Shown here: positions 24,589-35,781 of the stretch, piece after piece
Position numbering within the stretch: position 1 is the stretch's first letter
Layout of the letters: the number at the start of each line of letters is the position of its first letter
Assembly: GCF_041146345.1 (NCBI RefSeq)
Contig: NW_027191404.1
Coordinates: 1,674,001-1,738,000, forward strand
From: Neodothiora populina
Lineage: Eukaryota
Direction of reading: 5' to 3'
Length of the DNA stretch: 64,000 nucleotides
Translations under genes and position numbers: made by a program
The notes under the pieces: model-generated
Databases searched by the model: none
Told to the model about the DNA's origin: nothing
What the model saw: the letters and a program-made list of their open reading frames with translations, nothing else

Positions 24589-26583
24589 ATGGGTGGCTCA
24601 ATAACCGATGGAGAGCACCTTCACGGTTTGGTGGACATGGGTAGGTGAGTGCCAGATTTTTATTCTATTCATTCGTCGCGTTGTTCTCCCAATTTTGTAC
24701 AGTTTGACAAAGCGATCCTTGGGACCAGGAGGGATATATGTTGCCGTCGAGAAAAATATGCACGTTTTGTTCTGTCCGTTGACGGGTTCTTCTCTTATCA
24801 TTTCATGTTTTCAAAACCCAATTGAAGCAATCAACCCACGAACATAAAAGTCGAATTCTAGACTTGATGTCTAAAATAAAGCATTCAAAAATGGGCAATG
24901 AACAACGTCCTCTCCAACTAACCACACCTTGTCAAATCAAACAGCAATGGCGTCCGCTTCTCCATATCTGATCTATCACCACCAACCACGCGCATTCTAC
25001 CCACTCTATACACATCTCGCGCAGGAATATCCCTATATGATGCCCAGTACTCTCCGAGCGGAGAGCGCGTCGCCATTCCCGAGAAGATCATCAAGGCCGT
25101 GACCAACGAACTCGAACAATTCAAGCGCACATGCGCAGACTTCGGAGTGCCAGCGGCAAACGTGACTGTTTTGGCGACGGAAGCCACGCGTACAGCGATC
25201 AACTCCGGGGACTTTCGTCAGCGCATCAAGGACGTCACCGGGTGGGAAGTCAGCATGCTGGCCAAGGAGGAAGAGGGACGAGTGGGTGCTCTGGGTGTGG
25301 CGACTTCGCTTGGTGTCGTGCGGGGTCTAGTCATGGATTTGGGGGGAGGTAGTACGCAACTAACATGGTTGACAACCACGCCCGAAGGCGCGATCCAAAT
25401 GCCAGCCCGTGGAGCAGTGAGCATGCCCTTCGGCGCCGCAGCGCTGACCAGACGGCTCGGCGAAGCAGAACGAGCCGGAGGAAACGCCAGAGATGTCTTC
25501 GCAGACGAAGTCAAAACGACCATCAAGAACGCGTACGAGAGTCTCGAGGTGCCAGCCGAACTCCACCATTTAGCCAAAGCCGAAGGAGGATTCGCTCTCT
25601 ATCTCTCCGGGGGTGGCTTCAGAGGATGGGGCTTCGTCCTCATGTCCCAACATGCAGTGCAACCGTACCCGATCCCAGTGATCAACGGACTCGTCGTGCA
25701 ACGGTCCGACTTCCTAGACACCGTAGGCGTGCAGGCGACACTGCAAGAAGACATGGACAACGACGATGCCATCTTCCGCGTCTCGCAACGAAGAGCAAGC
25801 CAAGTGCCCGCGGTGGCCTTCCTCGTGCGCGCGCTGAGCGAAGCACTGCCCCAGATCAAACAAGTGCGTTTCTGCCAGGGCGGAGTCAGAGAAGGCTTTC
25901 TCTTCTCGCGACTGATAGACGATGTGCGCATGCAACGGCCCGTCACAGTCGCCACGCAACCACTGGCTGCCCCCGGCGCCTCGCACTACGCAAGTCTCCT
26001 CGCAGCATCACTACCCGCCTCGCCATCCTCTTTCACCGACAGACAAGCAGGCTCAGAAGCGACGTTCACCCCAGCCCTGCTCGCCGCTCTAGGGAACATG
26101 CTGAATTACTACTCGACGCACCCAAAGGACATCCGTGCGGCGTCTGCGCTGCGTTCGACGACGACGGGTGTTCTGGCATCCGCGCATGGCCTCGCACACG
26201 AAGAGAGAGCCATCCTGGCACTTACATTGTGCGAGCGCTGGGGCGGCGCTTCGGACCTGCCGCCTGCGGATCTGCCGTTCTTCAGGTCGATGCAGGCGTT
26301 GGCGGGCGCTTGGTCGGCGTGGTGGGCTCGTTATCTGGGTCGTGTGGCGGCGCTGGTCGGAGAGGTGTATCCTTCGGGCAGGGGCCGAGAGGTGCTCGCT
26401 TTGTCTGCGAGGTGGGGTGCCACGGGTAAAGGAAACAATCAGATCGTGCTGCAGGCTAGGACGAAAGACGGTCGTGTGCGGGAGCTGTTTGGAGATGAAC
26501 TGGCTCAGATTGGCAAGGCGGGTAAGAAGAAGCATTGGATTGGTGGCAAGGATGGTTGTGGTCATAGAGTAGAGGTTGCGTGA
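24589..26583 (+). CDS. RTG2: Retrograde regulation protein Rtg2-like (Ppx/GppA ASKHA family); single 300-nt intron 24645-24944
   Basis: Exon 1 MGGSITDGEHLHGLVDMGS joins NGVRFSISDLSPPTTRILP (DMGSNG phosphate motif); ATEATR, EEEGR, DLGGGS, SGGG and GGVREG motifs. Confidence 0.9.
24701..24847 (+). ncRNA. Putative intronic box H/ACA snoRNA (snR10/SNORA21-like), two LSU rRNA guide pockets
   Basis: Hairpin-hinge-hairpin-tail; H box AAAATA 24753-24758; ACA 24842-24844; in both hairpins the 3' pocket strand starts 14 nt before the box; both pockets complement conserved LSU rRNA sequence as I recall it. Confidence 0.78.
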
Positions 26584-26833
26584 CGGGCTCGCTTTGTTTG
26601 TAGTGGATTCCATTGATACCCGGTCAGTCTATCAAAGCTATCTCCCAAGCCATGACTCCTATCTTACAAGCATTTCGCAGTCCTGTGTTTCTACTGAAAA
26701 CTATGAAACTTTCACCTCAGATACATCTAGGTAGCGAAGTCAGGGTGCCTCAATCCTAGTGATGAACTGTTGTCTGCATCAATAACTACCCCCGGTCTTA
26801 TGTGCCCTGTACTCCACACTCCATGTCCGGCTC

Positions 26834-27778
26834 TCAATTCTCAGGCGGGCCCTTCCATGCGCGTAGAGTCTCGCCCCTCCATCCATATACCTGCCTCAAG
26901 GCTCTGCCAGTGAGCAAAGGCCATCCGATAAGGTTGTCACGTCCCAATCTTGGGCCGTTGAAGTGCTCCATTTCATCTGGTTCGGTCACGGGGCTGATTC
27001 TGACCATGTGTGTTCCCGCAATGAGACATTCTTCCTCGTGGTGTATAGCTTCTTGGACGTCTTCGAAGTCGTCTGCGACATATCCGAGTTGTATGAGGCA
27101 GTCCTCGTCTTGTTCCCATTCAGGGTTCAGTGTTTGGACGAGGTAGGAGCGAAGACCGTACTCCATGTATCCATAGATGGTGACGTGAGGAATGGGCAGC
27201 TGTAAGTTGACGATGGCGGTAACGATAGCCTTTTCTCCAGTGACGTGAAGATTGACTTGGTCCGAACCGATAGCACGTCTCTGGTACTTTGTGACGTTGC
27301 CTTCGCCGTTTGGGAGAAGTTGCTCGATCTTTCTGGAATCTTTCTTGTAGTCTTGCTCTAAAACATCTGCTCCACCGCATTCGGACGCAAAGTCTTCTGT
27401 GTAGCCAAAGGAGGCCATGTCGTACAGAAGCGGCTTGATGTAGTTGGAGCGGGTAAAGAGGTTAGCGCCTTTGACGACAATAGTGAGGTGGGTAAGACGT
27501 TGGCTTAAAGGTGCATAAGCGCGTAACATAGTGGACCAGGTGTCATCTTCATCGTCGAAGAAGGTATCACTATCAATGATTAAAGACAGGTGAGTTATCT
27601 GTTTGATCTCCTCGCTACCGCCAGTGATAATCCTCACGTAGAACACCTCTGCGTCATCCTTGAATTCGATGGTTTCGAATTTGTCTCCGTAATTATCGTC
27701 AATGTCAGAACCATTATCGCTTTCGGTCATCTGCTCGTCCTGCAATTGTACAGAACTTTCAGAGCCACGTCCGTCCAT
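26834..27778 (-). CDS. Intronless acidic hypothetical protein (314 aa)
   Basis: ATG-initiated 945-nt ORF with protein-like composition filling an intergenic gap; no family recognised. Confidence 0.6.
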   Translation of the reverse strand: MDGRGSESSVQLQDEQMTESDNGSDIDDNYGDKFETIEFKDDAEVFYVRIITGGSEEIKQITHLSLIIDSDTFFDDEDDTWSTMLRAYAPLSQRLTHLTIVVKGANLFTRSNYIKPLLYDMASFGYTEDFASECGGADVLEQDYKKDSRKIEQLLPNGEGNVTKYQRRAIGSDQVNLHVTGEKAIVTAIVNLQLPIPHVTIYGYMEYGLRSYLVQTLNPEWEQDEDCLIQLGYVADDFEDVQEAIHHEEECLIAGTHMVRISPVTEPDEMEHFNGPRLGRDNLIGWPLLTGRALRQVYGWRGETLRAWKGPPEN

Positions 27779-28092
27779 GACGAGGAAGGTAAGCTAAGGC
27801 TATACTGGTACTGTGAGTCGCCGTAAGGACGTTGACTGGAGTTGATGGACACAGCCGTGCCGTTGATAGGCGACGCTCAGTGAAAGTGAGAATGTGTTAT
27901 GTCGAATTGTCGGCAAAGTAGCTTAGTGGGTTTCGCGTTCAAACGGTGTCAAAGAGCAAACTTGTTGGCGGATGCGCCGCGAAAGAAGCTGTACGCTATT
28001 GTTGACACACAAAGCAATGCGCACTAGCACACGTGAGTACCATATAGTTTTCGACTTTCGCTTCAGAAGACTCGCTATCTTAGGCGTTCCAC

Positions 28093-29766
28093 TCAAGTAC
28101 GTTCATAGGCCCGCCACCACAAGGCCATATTAGCAGCCACAGTCAGGTCCAGCATTTTCAATCCTGTTTCGTCAACGATAAGTTTTCCAAGCTTGGCGCG
28201 TTTACCGTGGAAACCTCCTCCAGCGCGCTCTTGTCCCAAGGTGAGATTGACATTGCCATTCTCGTCAAAGTAATTAGACAGCTCATCGGTCATGTCATCG
28301 TCCCATTGGCTCTCAGACGCTGTATGCCTATGTGTACGTAGGTGTGGAGTAAAGGAGGCACGTTTTGAGACTCGTTCTGCAGACCCTCCAGAAGCAGAGG
28401 ACGACGAACCCGCTGCAGGGAGATTGAAACGCAGCTCACTGACTTCAGCATGCGGACCCCCAGATCCTTCAGGGTAGTGTTTACACTGGCGGTAGTATTA
28501 GCATATGGTACTTGATGAAAACACGCATCGGCTCACCTTCAACGATCGTCCAGCTACACCAGTTGCGAATTCACACTTTCCTCCCCAAGGACTTCGGAAG
28601 CTGTAACCTCTGCTCCGACGGTCGACGACTGCTCGAGATGAGACATGGAAGTCTGAGGCGCTCAACTGGAGAGATCTGCGGGAAATGCGATGGCCGTCGG
28701 CTGATGATAGTCTCTTCTGTGTATATGAGTGATCGGCAAATCTTGAACCGTCCATCCAAATCCTCCGGCGGAAGACGCCGTCAGTCTGTCCGTCAGATCC
28801 AACAGACGAGCTCTCGTTGCTGTTCCTCGACACTGGTCGCATACTATCAAAGTGGATGAACTTTGAGTAGCCAGGATTACAGATATCAACGAAGAGAGGT
28901 GCACCAGCTCTTTTCGCCCTGATTACCCCTGAGTCTGCAAGTGAAGCAGAGGACACCTCCTCGACTGGCGGGTCATATATTTTCGCAACATTCCACTGCG
29001 CACCTGATGTTGGATCTCGTCGGATAAGGGTCAAGGATATGGGAGCATCAACCTGTCTGGACCGGTCTTCGAAGGGCGAACGCCGATTGTAACGAGGTTC
29101 ATCCTGATTCTGGCCCTCCGGATCTGGACTGCGGCCTGGAGAGGCGGGTAACGCTCGAGGGTTTGCTCGAGCTTGAAGACCAAAGGAGCTATCAAAGCTC
29201 TTCATCGGCCTGTGAGAAGGTCTGGGCGGGATTGGGGGCAGATCCAGCTCGCCATTGTTAGAGACATTACGTTGCACAGGTTTTCTCCTCGGCACATCGG
29301 CACCAAACGGCGGATGTCGTTGCGAGAAAGTGGCCATACCATCGTCTATAGGAGATAAGGGTGGAGTGGGCAGGGGTTTGCGAGCAATATATGCGCTGTC
29401 ATAGCCGCCTGGATATTGGACCTGGGGAGACAAGAATGACTGGCTGTCCTGGACAGGGACGAGTGCCGTATCTTCCGGCTCATCCACGTGCAGATAGTAG
29501 AGTGAGCTCTGCACGTCTTCGGCGCTGACAACCTTTTCTCGAGGTTTCAAGGGAGTCAGGAAGACATCTATACCAAAGGTCAGTCAATTCTCCGCAATAA
29601 AGAGACTTGTACAATTTTTGGAGCTACCTTTACTACCAGGCACGCGAACAATGTATAGTACTATCGGTCCATGTGAGGCATGTGTAGGATTATGTGGATA
29701 GAGAGGTGGATCAGCAGCCAGCTTAGTCAAGAGGCCTAGTGAACGAGCTTCTACAATTTGTGTCAT
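28093..29766 (-). CDS. Conserved hypothetical fungal protein; 2 introns
   Basis: LYIVRVPGSK|DVFLTPLKP, SSLYYLHV, LTLIRRDPTSGAQWNVA, YSFRSPWGGKCEF, VSELRFNLP and LGQERAGGG..AKLGKLIV..LDLTVAANMALWW blocks, typical of a widespread uncharacterised Pezizomycotina family. Confidence 0.8.
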
Positions 29767-30690
29767 TGCGAGGAAGTTGTGGCGGGTGTGCGAGTATTGC
29801 AATTCATCTATGGGTCAAGGATTCGAGTAAGATGGCAGGCCCAAGTCGACGATCATGTAAACTTGTCTATAGGTGAAAGGTTGCCCTGAATCGAAGAGAG
29901 GGAATCGTTACAAGACAAATAGATTCCTTCTGCTTTAACTGAGTGCCTAGATATCGTGGCGCTAAGCAGGCAGTGATGTCGTGGCAGGCAGTAGCATTCG
30001 ATTAATGAAGATGGCTGTCGTCAGAAGGTGGCTGAGCACAGTCCTTTTATAACAGCAGGAACAGAAAGCGCTCGAGTCTTGTGAAAGCGTGGAGTGGATG
30101 AATTATTCATGTCAACTCTCGAGACTCTTTCCACAGAGATCCGGGGGGCGTATATAAAATACCTGAATAGAACATTGAGGGGAGGTGACTATATTTACGG
30201 AACACCTGCATGTAGTTGATAGAGCAACGCGGATACTTTGAAGCCTACAAGTCAAAAGTCGTCACAGCCCCAGACATTGTAATCTGTTTGATGCTGCACA
30301 GGTATCATGGTCCGTACGCTTTTTGATCACCTAAGACATCAAAAGACCAGCATTGACGTGGCGTGCTATCTACGTTGGTTATTTCATGAATCAGTGATCA
30401 GGCAGCGAGTGAGAAGCAGCAGACAACGGTCATGCCGTTTAGTAGAGAGCAGGTTTCCGAAAGAAGTGTGAATGGTGGCCATATATCAAGGTGCCGGGGG
30501 CCGAGGGTTGATCTTTGACCCGCCAAATGGGGATTCGAAAGGTCTTGGCACCTTCCATACTGTACGGAGACGGCGTCACCATCGCTGTGATATCGTGCAG
30601 TTACCTTATTGTAAGCTCGAGATCGCCTCCATATCGCTTCATTCCACGCCACACCATTTTAACTCCGTCGTCTCATACACTCAGCACATC

Positions 30691-31887
30691 ATGTCGGACC
30701 CACGGGAGATGTGGAAGCAGCTTCAGAACAACCTGCAAAAGGCGCAGCAACAGGGAGCAAAGTACGCCAGACTGCAAATATAAGCCACTCACAGTGCAGA
30801 AGCTAAGGCAAATCCATCTAGATTCGGCGCAGGCGGTGCCCCCAACCCGCGAGGAGCATTAGGAGGAATTGCCCTTCTGGGTCTCGGTGTAGGAGGTGTT
30901 TGGTTGTTCAACAATGCCTTGTTCAACGGTATGCCGTGTCTTCTTGTCCTATGTTGCCGAGGCGGCGAAAGTCGGTTGGAGAGCTGAATAAATGCTGATA
31001 TATCACTAGTCGACGGAGGTTGTCGCGCTGTCAAGTACAGCCGGTACGATACGAAACATCGGCCTTTGATGCATTGAGAGGATACTGATACCCGCCGCAG
31101 TGTAGGTGGTGTTAAGCCCGACATCTACCCCGAAGGAACCCACATCAAGATTCCCTGGTTCGAGACGCCCATCGTCTACGACGTGCGAGCAAGACCGAGA
31201 AACGTCGCCTCCCTGACCGGAACCAAGGACTTGCAGATGGTTAACATCACCTGCCGTGTTCTTTCCCGACCGCGAGTGGACGCTCTGCCCCAGATCTACC
31301 GCACACTCGGCACCGACTACGACGAGAGAGTCTTGCCCAGCATTGTCAACGAGGTCCTCAAGAGTGTCGTGGCTCAATTCAATGCATCTCAGCTCATCAC
31401 GCAAAGAGAGAACGTCTCAAGACTGGTCAGAGACAACCTGGTCAGACGAGCAGCAAGATTCAACATCCTTCTTGACGATGTCTCAGTGACGGTACGTCCA
31501 TTCACAACTTCCTACAATTGACAGCACAACATAGAGACTGACATGAAAAAACAGCATCTCGCCTTCTCTCCTGAGTTCACCGCAGCAGTAGAAGCCAAGC
31601 AAGTCGCCCAGCAAGAAGCCCAGCGCGCCGCCTTCGTAGTCGACAAGGCCAGACAAGAGAAGCAGGCCGCCATTGTGCGCGCACAGGGTGAGGCACGTTC
31701 CGCCGAGCTCATCGGTGACGCCATCAAGAAGAGCAACAGCTACATCAACCTGCGTGAGTTTGAGAACGCCAGGAACATTGCTTCCATCCTCGAGAAGAGC
31801 AACAACAAGGTCTACCTCGACACCGAGGGTCTCGGACTCAACATCTCTCAGACCGCCAGCGACAAGGCTGCCAGAAAGGAGAGGTAA
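30691..31887 (+). CDS. PHB2: Prohibitin-2; 4 introns
   Basis: [77 protein letters not shown] and [17 protein letters not shown]. Confidence 0.97.
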
Positions 31888-32524
31888 ACGCTCCGCCTTT
31901 TCGAATGTGGCAGGGATTTGAGTGAAAGCAATTTCTGAGGGGAAGAAGGCTGCTTCTAGTGAGGAAGAAAAAAAGAGAAGAAAGAGAACCAACGAAAGAC
32001 ACTCCCGACAAGGGGGTTGGAAAGACCGCAACGGGTAGCATCTCACAGGCGTTCATTTCTGACGAAATACGGGAAGGGGAAAAAGGGGGTGGGTGGTCAC
32101 AGAAAGGCGAATTGTCGTCGTGTCCGCTGTCGCTGTCTGTTTGAATATAAAAATAAGGAACCAGGAGAGGAGGAAAGAACAGATGGACACTCATTTCCTT
32201 GCACTCGTATTATACTCCACTTCGACTCTTTCCTTTTTCTTCTATACATGCCTTACCTCGCCTCTCACTCCTCTTTTGCTGTCGAGGCTCTGAAAAAGGA
32301 CACGAATGGACGACACGTCGGCTTCCAGTATTCATCTACCTCTTTCCACGCAAGAAAGTTCGTAAGACCTCGTAAAGCACTTTTGTTGTAGTTTGCTTTC
32401 GAGCATGGATGGTACTGTACGAAGCCAGTATGACGAAAACAACCACGCAACAAAGTGACAAGAACATGAAAAAGGAAAACCAATTCAATGCACGACAAAA
32501 TCTTCTCCATGACATTATATTAGA

Positions 32525-35243
32525 TTACATACCCCCACTACCACCAGTGACGCGATCGAGGTTGAACGCCGCACTGATGAGCGCCAGATGACTGAACGCC
32601 TGGGGTGTATTGCCCAACTGCTCGCCGCTGCGGGCGATTTCCTCGGAGAACATGTTGACGTGGTTGGAGAAGGAGAGCATGTTTTCGAAGATGTTGATTG
32701 CTTTGACGAGGTATTTCTTTTTTGTTTTTCACTCGTCAGATTATGTTTGGATGCATGGGGAACGGAGAAATTGTGGATAGGGTCAGGGTTAGAGAAAGGA
32801 AAGACTTACTTTGTCGTAGGCGCCTGCTCGGGTCAAGGCTTCGACAAGCCAGAATGTACACATTGAGAAGGCTCCCTCGCGGCCGCCGACACCTGTTGTA
32901 GGGAGTACTGTCAGTCGAGGGAAGTCTCCATATAATGGAAGAGTGAGAAAGAAGTGGATTACCGTCATCGCTCTTCAGAGTGTTGTAGCGGTACACCAAG
33001 CCTGTGCTCGTGAGCCCTCCCTTCTCAGGCGGCTTGAGGATCTGGTCCAGAGTGTTGGTAAATCGTGGGTCGTTCGGCGTGATGAAGAAGACCAGAGGCG
33101 CGATCAACACTGCGCTGTCGAGCACGTCATACGCCTCGTAGGACTGGATGAAACAGTTCATCTCCTTGTTGAATCCTTTCTCCATGACTTGTTCGTATAT
33201 GGTGTCTCTGGTCTCGATCCATTTGGTCCTATTGGGGCAAGGGAGGTTGCTGCGTTTCTCTGCTAGACGAAGAGATCGGTCCAGTGCGACCCACAGCAGC
33301 ATCTTGCTGTACACGAATTGCTGGATTTGGCCGCGCACTTCCCAGATCGACATGTCTCTCTCTTGCCACACGTCGCAGACATGGTCCGCGAGAGATCGTA
33401 TAGCTATCCATTCGTCGTAGCTCACTGGGTGGAGTCAGAAAGTACGACCTGGTTGACAGGAGACAGTAATTTTGACTTACCGGGTTGGCAATACTTGTTG
33501 TAGAGATACCAAGCATCGAGAAGCTCTCCGATAGTATCGAGCTGTTTATGGAATGCAGCTCCGTTACCGATACGAACCGGCCTACTTCCACGATGACCGT
33601 CAAGATGCGCCAACTCAATCTCTGGCAAGTCTGTTTCGCCGCGGATAGAGAACATGATGGGCAAGCTACCATCTTTGGTACGTGAGTATTTCATGCGATC
33701 ACTCATGAACGCCATGTAAGCCTTGGCTTCGTCGGTGAAGCCCATCCTCAGAAGGATATAGACGGTGAAGGATGCGTCACGCACCTGGAGGCTGGTGATT
33801 AGTGTCGTACCATGAATTCTAAATCAAACACAACTCACCCAACAAAATCGATAATCCCAGTTTCGGCCTCTGTTCAAAAGGTCAGTACACGGAGGCCTCA
33901 AAAAGCAAGTACCATGGTCATCGATCAACATACCCACCGAAATCCTCGGGCAGAGAGAAAGTAGGGGCTGCTACGATCGCACCCGTCGGTTCGAATGTCA
34001 ACTGGACACACTATCAGTACAAAAGACATCGTGCGACAATATAATCGAAGCGAGTATGACGATACCATTTTCAGGAGCATCAGACTCCTTGCGACGACTT
34101 CACGCCAACGACCTTTGTATTTGGATCTAGAAATCCAATTGAACCAAAAGGTGGTAGTGTCCCGCTGGACCTGATCGACCAACGCAGTAGTAATGTTCTC
34201 GTCATTCTTGTCGTCATAATCTTTGAGGACGAAGGAGATGGCTTGGCCCTCTTGCAAGCTCACGCGTGCTGTCACACCCTCACCAAGATACGACTCATTG
34301 GTCTTCTTCTGGAAAGACATGGATGGACAAGATCCGTCAGGCTGTTCGCCACAGTCTACGGTAGCGTAGAGCTCCAATGACAAGGACTTGGACTTGAAGA
34401 CAACACTTTCGTGGCACTCGCGTTCTTCGCATCCTCTCTTCTTGATGTCCGTGGTGTGGTCATCCCGGGCGTAGTTAAAGGCCGGGAACACTTCAATGTC
34501 AAGCTCAACTTCACCTCTGATGCATTCGACTCTACGAACAAGCCATTTCTTCAGGGGCGCACTGGGTGCTTGGACAGGTCTAGGCTTGTCACTGGCTTTG
34601 TCAAGAACGGCCGACAACTTTTCTGGACTTGCAGGGCGGGGAAAAAAGTCGAGCAGATTGGCCACACCGTCTTCGTGCATAAATCTAGTCTGTAGGATGT
34701 TGTTGCTCGGAAGATACTGCTGCTTGGTGGTGAGGTTGTCGGTTTGCACAGGACTGATGGAGAAGTGACCTCCTTTGTCTTTGTCAAGCCTAGTGCAACG
34801 AGGGTGAGTTGAGATACTTGGTCAAGTGTTTACAAGGATTGTCATACATGCGCGCAAACACAGATGGAGAATCAAAGTCCGGCCTTCGGTGGTCAGTCAT
34901 AGTATCCGTGAATATGGACAGAGTACGAGTCGGCTTTACCAGCACATGAAGTCGACACCTCCGTCAATGGCCTATGGCATGTTCAATAGACTACTCGCCG
35001 AGGGCTTTGTGAACATAGCATCGAGACTCACTGCGTAAGCCGCGGTGTTCATGTTTCCTATGGCAGTCAGAGTTGTTGCATCGTCCGATGGCTCCGCAAC
35101 TCACCGATGAGGCCATAATGTTCAATCTGTGTTTAGCACGTAAGACGGACGTTCACTCGTCATGGTCGATGGCATTGACTTACAGGCATGTAACCAGTAG
35201 TGCGTCTGTATCCCGTAGGGTCAGAGACATTCTTCGAGGACAT
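32525..35243 (-). CDS. Intracellular glycoside hydrolase family 15 (trehalase/glucoamylase-like); 12 exons
   Basis: Spliced [60 protein letters not shown] and [14 protein letters not shown] motifs; no signal peptide. Confidence 0.92.
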
Positions 35244-35781
35244 ACTTTACTATTACAAAAGAAAACACGGGTGACAAGATATCCAATGTACTAGATATGC
35301 AGAGACTCGGAGAGCTCGAGCTCCTCGGATGGTATGGCAGAGACCCAGAAGAGCATTACGTCAGGTCAGCATCAACAAAAACGATTACGCCCATGAGGGG
35401 TTCAGGGGAGATGGAGGGGCTCCATTGTTCTTTCGGAGACTATTATGCGAGGTGGCACAATCCAGATCGACCTACAGTCCAGTCTATTCATCATGTGTAA
35501 TTGAGATGTCTGATGTTCGGCAAGATGCAATGCATGATGCACATACGCGAGCATCGCTCAATCAATTAATTCCACAGAAGCGGACGTGGGGACAGACTCT
35601 CGGATGATCAACGCGGAGATGCAATTGACCATACCTGATTCATCCAGTAACAGTAAAGATGCAAACGCAGCAAACAGCAATATCATTTCCTCAATGAGCT
35701 ACCCACCTTCAGTGATTATATGGCGAGAAACAAGCGACAGAGTGCAAGGGCGGCAAAGAGCACCAGCAATCAGCAACTGAC

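Noticed and set aside
24641..24702. Stwintron or nested-intron reading of the RTG2 intron (GTAG-GTGAGT..TACAG)
   Set aside because: No branch site before the internal CAG and no good donor is regenerated; a single intron gives the correct DMGSNG frame.
25365..26429. 354-aa alternative-frame ORF in RTG2, and similar long overlapping or antisense ORFs in the lectin, FEN1 and RRP14 genes
   Set aside because: Arg/Pro-rich shadow ORFs expected from GC-rich codon usage.
29973..30035. GTGATGT...CTGA, C/D-like
   Set aside because: Imperfect C box and no target I can recognise.
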